Source: Oikopleura dioica
Lineage: Eukaryota; Animalia; Chordata
Reading direction: 5' to 3'
Length of the DNA stretch: 64,000 bases
NCBI GenBank assembly: GCA_907165135.1
Contig: OU015567.1
Location: 4,774,001-4,838,000 of the forward strand
Made by a program: the position numbers and the translations under genes. Positions within the stretch are counted from its first letter, which is position 1; every line of letters starts with the position of its first letter. The notes beneath the pieces are model-generated. The model searched no databases and had not been told where the DNA came from. It saw only the letters and a list, made by a program, of their open reading frames with translations. Shown here piece after piece: positions 1 through 10,747 of this stretch.

Positions 1-1808
1 TGAAATCGATAAAGTGAACTCGGACGCTCTTATTTTCAGCCTTTGATTGAAGAGATGTTTTTACCTTGTCCAAAGAAGAAGAGATTGAATGGGGTCTTTG
101 AGCATTTGAACATGCGCTGGATTTCGCAAAAGATCTTTCAAGAAATCGGGAAGTTTTGACAGAAAGCGGATGAAGTGGATGACCGAGCAGTGGTTTCTTG
201 GAGAGCGGATGGTGGAGCAATTGAAATCTTTCTCAGAAGCTAGAAAACGCGATGAGCTTTCTTTTGAGCTTTGAACAACTTACGGTAAAGCAAAAAGTTT
301 CCATAAACAACATCGAAATAAGCCAAGATGCCTTTTTCAAACTCCTCCATTTTTGAAGTTTCGAAATCGTCGAGAGTTTTCGACTCGCTTGTTCGAAACG
401 CCTAGAAGAAAACTTATCAAAAATAGTTAGAACTAGCGCGTACTCGGAGAGAAGAAAGAAATTGTAATAATAATAACTATTACAATTATAACAATTAAAC
501 TATAAATAATGCTCACATTCATAAACTCCGCGATGGAAGGACCGACGTTACACTTGGATGAACATCCTGCTTCAACGAGAGATTTGTCTTGCTTTCTTTG
601 TTTCGAAATCGTTTCCAAAATAAAGATTTAATATTTTGTTATCGGGTTAGGGTTAGGGTTAGTGTTGCAATTTTTTGAGCTAGCTGAACTGAGCCATCTG
701 AGCTAGCTGAGCTGCAGCTCAGCTCAAATCAGCTCAGCTCAATGGTTCTTCGATAAGAGCCAGCTCAGCTCAGCTGGCCCAGTTTTGACCTGAGCTCAGC
801 TCAGCTCAGTGGTTATTAAACGAGGCCAGCTAAGCTCAGCTCAGCTCAATTTCGAATTCAGCTCAGAAAAAAACTTGCAACTCTGGTTAGGGTTAGCCTT
901 CTGATTCCCCTGAGTAAGGGTTAGGGTGAGATTTAAGGTTCTTATTCACCGGAGTAAAAACACAAATGTCTCGTATTAGTACGATTATATTCGAAAAAAT
1001 ATAACAATAAAAGCTCTTAAATTGCGTAGCAATCCGCGAGTTCTTCTGCACCTCAAGCTGTCATCATCATCATCATGCCTCTTACTATTATAACTATGCT
1101 TTACTCCCCTATCCCTGCTCGGCTTAGCCGTTAATGTCTTTTGACTGCAAATAAATATCAATGAAAAAAAAAGACGATAGAATCGATAGGTGCATAATTA
1201 TGCTTATATATTGGTTTTTACGGGGTCATATAATTTCATCCATTTAATCGATGAAACAATCCTTGAGAATTTCCACAATATTCTGAGGCAATTCAAATGG
1301 CAATTCCTTCCCACTCTCTTCCTCGTCTGCGAGACTGATGGAGAGCTTCCTCTTGCGGCTCCTCGAGTTCTTCGATTTTTCGATTTTTTCTGCCTCTAGA
1401 AAGCGCCAAAGAATCTTACATAACAAAGAGCAATGAAAATTTTTACCTTTGCATTCAGCGAGAAGATTTTCCATTTTTTGGGTGTTCTCTTATTTCAAAT
1501 TTTTTCATGGGGAAAAGAGGGTGGTTTTTTTTACCTTTGTTTTTCTTCAAAATATCTGTTTCACTGACCCATGTGTCCCAGGATTTCGACCATCCAACGT
1601 AGTGAATGTGATAAACTGAAGAGGATTAAACCTAACGCGGCTCGTTTCAAATTGGTCACGTGATTAATTTTCAAAAACAATGGAAAACTCCCTTTCTGAA
1701 AAAAAACTTACGGGTTTCATTTTTCTTCTCTTTGACTGTCAGAATTTTCGCTTCGTACAGTAACTCGTCGTGAAAAGACAGAACTCTTTCGCCTTTTACA
1801 AAAGCCAT
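1..1808 (-). CDS. MORF4L1: MRG15/MSL3/Eaf3-family chromatin protein (chromo-barrel + MRG domain), multi-exon, 3' end runs off the window
   Basis: Spliced translation from ATG at 1808: MAFVKGERVLSFHDELLYEAKIL / YHIHYVGWSKSWDTWVSETDILK (chromo-barrel), then ELPFELPQNIVEILKD, then KGILAYFDVVYGNFLLYPSEK...SVIHFIRFLSKLPDFLK (MRG domain). One intron boundary near 1250 is unresolved. Confidence 0.85.
643..930 (+). repeat. Short interstitial (TTAGGG)n-type tract interrupted by a MITE
   Basis: GGGTTAGGGTTAGGGT at 644-659, GTTAGGGTTAG at 886-896 and a degenerate copy to about 926. Similar short tracts lie near 2767-2778 and 42586-42596 (opposite strand). Confidence 0.7.
660..885. mobile_element. Non-autonomous hAT-type MITE with internal (GCTCA)n/(TGAGC)n repeats
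   Basis: Termini TAGTGTTGCAA...TTGCAACTCTG; 8-bp TSD GTTAGGGT at 652-659 and 886-893. Same family as 10054-10463. Lies in an MRG15 intron. Confidence 0.85.
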
Positions 1809-2576
1809 GGGGGATAAAAAAATGAAGAAGGGGTTGTTTTATTATTGGAAAAGAGGAGGGCAAGGAAGGGTTGAAGAAAGTTCAGTCTGGCAGAATACGA
1901 AAACGCAAGTCTCCTTCGAATACCTTACCTTACTTGGTAATGATGTGGTAATCACTAAAACGTGGCACGCGCCAAGCCCGGCTTCTGAAATCGCGACGAA
2001 ATCCAAAAATTGCCGCTCCTCTTCCAAAAAAATTATGGGGTTCCCTTCTTTAACACCTATGTATTCCTCAAGGAGACATCCTGATAATATACAGTGATAA
2101 TATACAGATGGATATCATACTCTATAAGGGGCCCTTATTCGGGGCAAAAGCTTTCGTTTGACTCAGTCAGATTCCCTTAATTATAACTCTAACTCCCTTA
2201 AAAATCAGTTTGAAAAACAGGTCCAGAAAAAAATCCCCAGAAAATAGTAGTTGCCCTTAATTTATGACTGAAAATTTAAGAAAATTCGTTAAGAGAGGGA
2301 CACCCTTAAGAAATCCGTCTAAATAAGGACCTCTTAAATAAATTGGTCCGTTAAAATCGAGACACTCTTATCGAAATAATACCGCATCATAAAATGAACT
2401 CCTCTACGTAATTATTTATCCACTTTGTTTACCTCCTTGTTTTCATCCCTGCGGTTGCTCCAGTGATGTGGCTCCCTCCTTGTCTAGCGGATTGAATTTG
2501 CTTTATCAAATTTTGCAAATTCGTTATTCTCAATTTTGTCCAGCCATCGATTAGAAGCGGCAGAATTGTAGAAATT

Positions 2577-4146
2577 ATGAAATTGTTAGTCGTTTTTGTC
2601 GCTTTGGCGGCTGCGCAAAAAGATGGAAAGAGGAAGAAAGGAAAACTTGGAAGAGATAGATTTCCGATGGATGGAGAAGATCTTAAATTTGAGGAAAGGT
2701 GTAAGTTTGTTTCTAGATAAACAATTGCTTGTTTTTGGTAAGGGTTGAAGATAGATTAAGGAGAAGGGTTAGGGTTAGCAATATTGCCGAAAAGTTTTCG
2801 CGAAAAAGGTGAAATTTTAAAAGTCGAAAGTGATTTTTCCTAGCCCGGAGATAGGAAAAATAACTGGTAGGCGGTTACTCGATTTGCGATTGGTCGATTG
2901 GCTTAATCCAAGCTTCTGATTGGCAGAAAATTCTCTTGAAAAATTATGTCGCAAATTTTCAGCTACTAGTAAAACCAGTGACGCGTAATTGAGAGAAATT
3001 AAACCAACCATCCATTATATAAATGATGACAATTAAATATATTGAAAGTATGATCGCGTCATCAAGTACGTCGTTCTATATTTGCACCTTGAAAAAGGAC
3101 GATTATCGCGAGTTCGGTCTCCCTGACGATTTCAACCAAGAAACCGACTATTCCGCCGCCGTGGACGGTTGGGACGGATGGTTTCAGAACTTCAACTGGA
3201 CCCAGTACATCGCAGGAGACGACGTTGCCGAAGAGTTTTTCCGACGACCATCGATGGTCCGAAACGGAATGAGTCTTCAAGAGCGACTCGAGTACCGAAA
3301 ATTCAAAACGCTCAAGCTCATGGTCATGTATCTCCAAACTTTGCCGCTCTTCGGAAAATTCTGCTACTACGGCTGCTATTGCTTTCCAAATGTCGGGGAG
3401 GACTTTACTGTTGGAAGAGGAACCCCAGTTGATGAGGTGAAGTCTTTCAAAAGAAAAAAATTGAAAATTGAAATTCTAAATTTTAGGTTGACAAAAAATG
3501 CCGCGACTTTTCAAACTGCTACAAATGTGTCAAGAACGACTTCAAGGAGACCTGCAAGCATACACAGCCCTATTCTTTCGAAGGGCGAGAGGTTCCTCTT
3601 CTTTGATCCCTCATTTCTCATTCGTCATTGATTTTTTTCAGGACCCGGTTACTGGATCGAGATATCTTGTCTGCAAAAACACCCCTGGAACATGCAGAAG
3701 ATCCCTGTGCGAATGTGACAAGCGACTTGCTGAAGAACTTTCCGCCAACGAGGTTTTTTCTACTTTTTTACATCGCCTCATTCGAATCTCTCTTTAGTGG
3801 TTCTGGGTTCCGATGAATCACAAGAACTGGGGTGGCTTCCAGAAAGAAGAAAGCTGCCGATCCGCAAGTGGTGGTTCTTCAAGCCGATCGGTGATGGAAA
3901 AACAGGAGCCAGTGTACCGATGTTGCGGCAAATACCCAGACCGATTTCCCTTCCAGTTCCAGACTTCTAGCGGCGAGCAACGAAGGACCGGATGATAAAA
4001 TTAAGGGTTTCACTTAAAAGAAGCCGATTTTTTATCCGAAAAAAAGATGCTGCTTGGGAAAAACTTACGATCCAAAGACCCTCGAGTGCTGCAACAAAAG
4101 ACCGACTCCTGGCATCACTTCGATTGGAACTTGTGGACTCATGTGA
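2577..4146 (+). CDS. Secreted phospholipase A2-fold protein, catalytic dyad apparently lost; multi-exon
   Basis: Signal peptide MKLLVVFVALAAAQ; CYYGCYCFP...GRGTPVDE/VDKKCRDFSNCYKC; CRRSLCECDKRLAEEL; Cys-rich tail CCGKYPDRFPF...CCLGKTYDPKTLECC. Short GT-AG introns. Confidence 0.8.
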
Positions 4147-4437
4147 GAAAAGAAATGCTTCAAAATAAGAAAATAGTGCAAGTTTCTTTGAAGCAAAACC
4201 TGTAAATAGAAACTATTTTTTATCTCGTCAAAATGATGAAATCAATAAAACTCAAGAACAACTTCCCTTTGTTCTCTTTCTTTGATTTCTTCTAAATTGA
4301 CTCCTCGTTGATTTCAATTCGCGAAAATCGATCCCTGGCAAGAGCATGTTTCCTAAATCGACTTTGACAAAATCATCATGACAGCTATCGCTTCCAAAGT
4401 CGTATAAATTCCGTTACTTTTTATTCGTTTTCAAACA

Positions 4438-4677
4438 ATGCTGCTAAAAATCTTTCCTTTTTTCATCTCTCAACTTTTTTGCTCTGCAATTTTCGACCCC
4501 TTCTATGATCGAAAAAACGCCTTTCTCAACGGGCAAGATCTTTTCAAAAGAGTCAAGCTGATCAGAGCGCAAAAGCGGGAAGGAAATTCCAAAATCGGAA
4601 ATGAGATCGTTCCCGCTGACTTTTCTGATGTTTACGATGATTTTGTTTACTATCATCCATTGAACATGTATTTCTAA
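4438..4677 (+). CDS. Candidate small secreted protein or peptide precursor (79 aa)
   Basis: AAACAATG start context, hydrophobic N-terminus MLLKIFPFFISQLFCSA, three dibasic sites (RK, KR, KR), AATAAA overlapping the stop. No recognisable homology. Confidence 0.35.
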   Translation: MLLKIFPFFISQLFCSAIFDPFYDRKNAFLNGQDLFKRVKLIRAQKREGNSKIGNEIVPADFSDVYDDFVYYHPLNMYF

Positions 4678-4705
4678 ATAAAGTGTTTATTCATTTGCCT
4701 TTGAT

Positions 4706-5088
4706 TCAATTTCTGGCAGTTTGAAAGTCGATAAGTTCAACGTCGAAAATGAGCGTCGAGTTGGGAGGAATCACTGGTGGGTAACCTCGCGGTCCGTAGG
4801 CGTAGTCGGGAGTGCAGGTGAGTTTGGCGCGCTGTCCCTTGGCCATTTGAGCGACTCCTTCGTCCCAGCCCTTGATTACCTGGCCGACTCCGAGGGCGAA
4901 AACGAACGGCTGAAAATGTAAAGAATGACGTTTCATTTATGATTGGGTACCTGTCCTCGATCCCTGCTAGAGTCAAAAACGCTGCCATTTTCTAGTGTTC
5001 CAGTGTAGTGAACTATAACTGGAGATCCAATTGCAGGCTTGTTATCAGCATTTGGAGGAGGGGTGATTGTTTCGACTGTTACTCCCAT
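4706..5088 (-). CDS. FKBP1A: FKBP12-type peptidyl-prolyl isomerase, 2 exons
   Basis: [10 protein letters not shown]...[21 protein letters not shown] / [59 protein letters not shown]. Confidence 0.95.
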
Positions 5089-5467
5089 TTAGATTCACTC
5101 TTTCTCTCTTTCTTTCTTGCTGGTTTGAGAAGACTAGATGAAAAAAAAGTCAGAACAAGGTGAGATATCCAGGAGCGTTACTCAGCTGTTTTCTGGCGCC
5201 TGCACGTCTTATCGCAAGATTGCACGGAAAAGTACCTTGGCACAACCAACTCGCCAGTTTGTGAATCAGCGGCGGTTCAAAATAGAAGGCTGAAGAAGTC
5301 TTCAATAGAATATTATCAAGAAGAAAAGAAAAATGTGGACTCTGTAATCTATTATCTTATATATTGAAATTTCTATTTTTGGATGTTGTATTTGACTTAT
5401 CAGTGTAGCAGCGCAAGCTGATTTATTTCGGGCTGAATTTTTTGTTAAATTCGAAATAAAATACAGT

Positions 5468-6110
5468 GATAATTTCAAAAAAAATTTTGCGGGTCCGGAA
5501 ATCATAAAAAATCTGAAAGTGCAGTTTTATTCAGCTCGCCGAGACGAGTCGAATGGTGGGTCAAACTTTTGATGACTCCAATGATTAACCGGTTAACCGG
5601 CAGTTTCCCGGAAAATACATTTCCGGTCGCCGTTTTTGTTCTAGAAATGCTTGAATGACAAAAAAGCGGGAAACTGGTCCTTAAAGTTGGTTCTTTTGTT
5701 GGCGAAAAAATTAAAATCATATCTCTAGCCATAAGATGCTTATCACCCAAATTCTATTTTCTCATGAAAATGGGACCGAAAATTAGGAAGGTGCAGCAAC
5801 AAAGAAATACATACAAAATTTAGAATTTTAATCGAAAAAAAAGTTCCGCTTTATATTTGACCAATATATTTTTGCCCACAGTAGAACTGACCATAAGGAT
5901 CAGTTTCCAGGTTTATTTATCATCCTAGCATTTCTAGAACAAAAATGGCGACCGGAAACGTATTTTCCAGTAACCAGCTGGTTAACCGGTCAATCCTTGG
6001 AGTTATCAAGAGTTTGACCCACTATTCGACTCGTCTTCACGAGCTGAAGAAAACTGCACTTTCAGAATTTTTACGATTTTCAGACCCGCAAAAAATTTTT
6101 TGAAATTATC
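5468..6110. mobile_element. Fold-back non-autonomous element with about 180-200 bp imperfect terminal inverted repeats
   Basis: 5468-5655 (GATAATTTCAAAAAAAATTTTGCGGGTC...TTCTAGAAATGC) is mirrored by about 5925-6110. No clear TSD. Confidence 0.75.
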
Positions 6111-6718
6111 CAGTCAAAGCGTTGAAACAGTTTTGACGGACAGAAGGTAACATTGCTTATTTTGCGTAATAAGTTCATCGGAACATATGTTTGTAACTCT
6201 GAACGATTGAGTCTCCTGAAACTTGCAAAGAAGTTTTTTAAGGAGCATCTAATTGAAACTTTTTGGTTCTGTTTTTCTTTAGTTTTGACCATTTCTGAAT
6301 ATTTAAAGAGATCATCTTATCAAGACTCGTATCGATTCTGCTGAGCGCAGATCAATTAGATAGTTCTATTATTGTTTCTATCCTCTAAGCTCCCCCCGCA
6401 TTTCTATTGAACATGCTTGACCGCAAGCTACGTAGTGGCGACATACAGTACTTTTAATACCAAAGCGGTTATATGAACAGAAAGATGGCGCCTCAACCCT
6501 TCTTTTTTTTCTTGCCTCTCTTTTACGGAGGGCTTATTTCTTTCCGAATATTTTATCCAACTATAAGCACTTAAACTTTTTACGAAGAAAATAAGAGCTT
6601 AAAATACTTCGAAAAAAGATGTAGGTCTAAGAAAGGGGCGGAATTGCAAATTTAGCATTTTTGAGAGCAGAGTAGAGATATTTGTCAAATCTCATCGTTA
6701 AAAACATTGTTGAAAAAT

Positions 6719-7040
6719 AGGGCGACACTGGTTTTGTCGCCTAATGTCGCTGAATGTCGTCGAATGTCGCCAAATGTCGCAAAATGTCGTCAAATGTCGT
6801 CGAATGTCGCCAAATGTCGTCAAATGTCGTCTTATGTCGCTGAATGTCGCTAAATGTTGCTTAATGTCGCTGAATGTCGCTAAATGTCGCCGAATGTCGC
6901 CGAATGTCGCCGAATGTCGCCAAAAAGGCAATTTTGTAGAAATAAAAAGTACAAAAAACACTGCTTTTCTACTTTCAAACAAAAAAATGGCGACATTCGG
7001 CGACATTTGGCGACATTCGGCGGCATAACCGGGGCGCCCC
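6719..7040. mobile_element. MITE-like element built of 10-bp AATGTCGYYR tandem repeats, with inverted copies at the right end
   Basis: About 18 direct units at 6742-6920 and inverted GGCGACATT units at 6988-7020. Imperfect TIR GGGCGACACTGGTTTTGTCGCC versus GGCGGCATAACCGGGGCGCCC. Flanked by GAAAAAT on both sides. Confidence 0.7.
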
Positions 7041-7487
7041 GAAAAATCAGTCTCAACCCAAAATTTTTACTAGATTGGCTCATTCTGGATTTTACTGTAA
7101 AACAGTATTACATAATCTGATAGCTAATTTGGCGTGCAACCAGTATCCAAAATGTGTCGAAATATCTTAAGCTCTTATTTCATTATACTGACACAATACA
7201 TGCTCGCGCAGGGATAAATTATTCGTCGGACATTATCCTCTTTGCTGTTCTTTTTCATTCGCGTATGTAAATGAAGAGTAACAGAAGATCACTGAAATGA
7301 GAAAAAAGTAATGGCTCACATGCGCGACTTTATTTTCCGATTTGCGAGAGAAAAAATATGAAATCGACGAAGACTTTTTGAAGACTTCATAAAAAGAAGA
7401 AGAAAAAGAAAGGAAGAAAATGGGCACTGCCGATAGATTGGCTTCAGGTATGAAAAAAAAAAGAATAGGGATTCGTTATCTTGACTT

Positions 7488-7645
7488 TACCCTGACTCAG
7501 ATCATTTATGAAAAGCCGCAAAGCGGCTTTTTTAGAAACAAAGCCGCGAAGCGGCTTCGCAAAATATTTATTTCATTCCCTTATCAAATTCGGCCGAGAT
7601 CCTGACTCAGGTTTTCTACACAGGTTTCTGAGCCCTTCTTTTAAA
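7488..7645. repeat. Dispersed CCTGACTCAGG / AGCCGC-n-GCGGCT hairpin repeat family, copy 1
   Basis: Contains CCCTGACTCAG, two AGCCGC(N3-5)GCGGCT hairpins and CCTGACTCAGGTTTTCTACACAGGTTTCTGAGCCC, shared with 8608-8690, 9119-9262, 22725-22880 and 42638-42747. Confidence 0.65.
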
Positions 7646-7889
7646 AAGCCGAAAGATCACGTGATAGATGTCGAAATAGAATTTAGGTCATGAAGATACT
7701 TTTTGATAATCCAGCAAAACTGATCAAACAAACCTGCTTTATTATTAATATTGGAAAATGCGGGACAACAAAAATGCTGTCTAAACAACTTTCTCCTCTG
7801 AATTGAGAAAGTTCCATTCAATATCATTATTTATTACAGTACGCCCTGAAACTGTCAGTTTTCATCTAATTTTCATCTAATAAGCCTTT

Positions 7890-10010
7890 TTATGCCACAT
7901 TAAAACATGAAGAAAGATATTATGTTTTAGTGATGCCGTCAATTCTCGGATTCAGTTTGCTGCTGATATCAGTGCTTGGGATTTTGGGAAACTCGATTGT
8001 CATCTTTGCCTTGTCTACGGTCAAAAAACGACGCGTCACTGATAATTTGATTTTAAATTTGGCGATGGCAGACTTATGGACGGAATGACCTAGTTTTTCG
8101 GCTCATTATGATCTTGAACCGTGATCTTCACGGTCTTTCACGATCTTTCACGAACACAAAATTCGAACTTGCCCTTGTTGACAAACAAGTTTAACAGGGG
8201 TCAGAAGATCAACCAGGGTCTCAATAACTGGCTTGATCAAAAGTTGATTAGACACTGTCGACTTAGAATCTAAGAATCCAGCCGTCAAATAACTGCTTAT
8301 GAAAATCCCGTCATTCCAAAATGAGTATACACCGCCGTCCTGCCATTCTGGGCAATGGAGAAGCTCCGTGGTGGGCTTTGGCTCTACGGGCACGGATCAG
8401 CACAAATATTCAGATTGGATTAAAAAATTACTGTAATCATTACAGGGTAATGCCTTATTTTAAATTCGAAACATGATGGTGCTGCCAGGGCTGATCCAGC
8501 AATAAGGCTCTTTCTCTGCAAATTTATCAGCTTTGTCTTTTTGCTGAACTTGTACGCGAGCGTTTATTTTTTGATATAAAGGATTTCAATATGTTTTAAT
8601 AGCTAAATAAAAAACCTGAGTCAGGATCTGAGTTCTTTCAGACCCTGACTCAGGTTTTCTTCGCAGGGTTCTGAGCCCTGAATCAGGGCTTTTCCCACGT
8701 GATAATCGGTCTTAACTTGTCAGTTTCTGTATAAGGGTCAAGACTTATTCTATAATAAGATATGTAACATATATTATTGAAAAAGAATAATCAAGTGACC
8801 ATTACTATCAAGCTGAAATCCTTATTAAGACAGCTCTATCTGTAGATCGCTTCATCGCAGTAGGCAGGTTTCGACCTCTTCCTTAAATTTTAATTAGCGC
8901 GTTACTTCGGGTGAGAAACTTTTCAACAGTCGTCGGGTGGAAAATCCGTGGACCTGTTTATACTGGAATCATCAGCTTGGTTGGTTGGTTGTTTTCCAGT
9001 GTCATGGGGAGTATCAGCTTCACGCACAGAAGTTTGTTTCATCCCTGCGCGCTGAGTAACAACAGAAATGCCAGTACTTCCTGCAGTGGGCCTGATGAGG
9101 GCGGGGTAAGACCTGATGCTGTGAAGAAAACCTGAGTCAGGGTACTGAAAACCCGTTGCGGCTTATTTTAAGACAGAGCCACTAGCGGCTACATTAAAAA
9201 AAGCCGCTACGCGGCTTCACATTAAAATTTTATCAGTACCCTGACTCAGATTTTCTACACAGGCTTCCAATAAATGACCCTTTTTCTTCAGAAATGTATG
9301 TGGTCTTTTGCGACCACTTTCCAATCAAATTTCTTTCTTGGGACAAAGATCATTTGCGGCTTTGTTCTACCCCTTCTCATCATCATTTTATGTTACAGGC
9401 ACGGCTCCAAAACAGCATCAAACAGATCATCAAGCACATGAGGAGCTTTTAAAACAAGTTCAATCGTCTATAAAGTCCGGAAAGTGACTGCAAGAGCGAA
9501 TACAAACAGAAAGTCAAATCACAAAATTGAAAGCGTCATTTTGATCGTCATTTTGAGCTTTTTCTTCATGTGGCTTCCGAATAATTTATTCAACACAAGT
9601 TAGAAGAGCTTCTTTTTATTTCAAAAAGACCCTTTTTTAGTCATGATTTTCGCAGAAGTACGTCATTCTTCATGGGCCTCGATTTTAAACGGAATGACGG
9701 TGATTTTCGCGTCGCTGAATTCTTGCTTGAATCCGGTGATTTATGCCTTTCTCAAGCCGAATTTGCGGAAACACTTGATTGGTAAATCAAGGTTAAAAGC
9801 GACTCGGAGCAAGTGATTAATCCATTTAGGTGTAATCCGGCACAGAGAAGTGAGCGGACATGGGCTATTCTCTCCACGACCGAGCATTAGAAAAAGTAAG
9901 CGTTCAAAATTGAAATCAAGGAAGAGATACTTTTGAGAAGAGAATTTTTTTCAGGGAAAAAAGTTGACATTGTTGTCAGTTCTGGACTTCGGGTGATAAC
10001 AAGTTTGTGA
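7890..10010 (+). CDS. Class A (rhodopsin-family) GPCR, peptide/chemokine-receptor-like, about 10 exons; start uncertain
   Basis: TM1 GILGNSIVI; TM2 NLAMADL-LYTAVLPFWA; TM3 LCKFISFVFLLNLYASVYFL-TALSVDRF; TM4 GWLFS; TM5 GFVLPLLIIILCY; TM6 FFFMWLPNN; TM7 NSCLNPVIYAFL. Confidence 0.9.
8608..8690. repeat. Same repeat family, short palindromic copy in a GPCR intron
   Basis: AAAACCTGAGTCAGG...CCCTGACTCAGGTTTT inverted pair followed by GGGTTCTGAGCCC. Confidence 0.65.
9119..9262. mobile_element. Same repeat family, MITE-like copy with 30-bp inverted arms, in a GPCR intron
   Basis: CTGTGAAGAAAACCTGAGTCAGGGTACTGA versus TCAGTACCCTGACTCAGATTTTCTACACAG; internal AGCCGC/GCGGCT hairpins. Confidence 0.7.
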
Positions 10011-10053
10011 TTTTAAAACGATATTTGTTTCACAATAGCAGAGCACCTTCACC

Positions 10054-10463
10054 CAGAGTTGCAAATTTCCTGAGCAGAGTGAGCTGAACTGGCTAAGTGA
10101 GCGGAGCAGTTGCACAGCTCAGCTTAGTGATTTTTGAAAATGATCTGATCTGCTCAGCTCAGCTCAGACAACTTTCACTCAGCTCAGCTCAGCTCAATGA
10201 TTTTACACAATTTTACTTCTAAAAACACAGTAAAAACAGCTCAGCTCAGCTCGAATTAGGGTCCGCTCAGCTCAGCTCAGCTTAACTATCTAAAGAAAAA
10301 TCTGCTCAGGTCAGCTCAGCTCATTGGCCTCTGAAAGAGGCAAGCTCAGCTCAGCTCAATAAGCTCCGAAATAGGCCAGCTCAGCTCAGCTCAACTCGGA
10401 GAAATTCTTACTCAGGCCAGCTTAGCTCAGCTCAGCAAAAATAATGCAAAATTTGCAGCTCTG
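10054..10463. mobile_element. Non-autonomous hAT-type MITE with (GCTCA)n arrays
   Basis: TIR CAGAGTTGCAAATTT...AAATTTGCAGCTCTG; perfect 8-bp TSD CCTTCACC at 10046-10053 and 10464-10471. Confidence 0.9.
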
Positions 10464-10747
10464 CCTTCACCGTTAACGAGCATTGATAGTAGCACAAAGA
10501 ATGTCGATTCGAAAAATGTCGGAAAATTTTTTTGGCCGCCCCAAAAATGCATGAAATTATGTAAAATAATCATATAACATATCATTCTCTTTCAAGGCAT
10601 CTTCAAATTCACCGATGGAAAATCAACCAGTCGAAAAACAAGCCAACCGAATCAGGATCAAGAAGTAAATCAGCAAGCACTTCCCTTTATGTAAAAAATC
10701 AGATTTATTCAGAACTGCGAAAAACAGTAGCTAGAAATACAAAATAA

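Noticed and set aside
433-618. ORF with an apparent transmembrane helix (SIIYSLIVIIVIVIIITISFF), suggesting a type II membrane protein
   Set aside because: The hydrophobic part is an AT-rich intron (GTGAGC...TTCTAG) of the MRG15-like gene. Splicing it out gives a continuous MRG domain.
1785-1803. TCTTTCGCCTTTTAC, identical to U5 snRNA loop I
   Set aside because: It is the antisense of MRG15 exon 1 codons, with no U5 stem continuation or Sm site.
6698-7120. Four overlapping repetitive ORFs (FGDIRRH / NVAKCRR)
   Set aside because: They are by-products of the 10-bp tandem repeat on both strands.
8148-8393. Minus-strand 81-aa ORF as a nested gene
   Set aside because: It is largely antisense to a GPCR exon and intron, starts at a non-ATG codon and has no recognisable motif.
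660-10463. GCTCA and AATGTCG repeat arrays as possible CRISPR arrays
   Set aside because: The units are 5-10 bp with no unique spacers, lie within TIR-bounded elements, and there are no cas genes.
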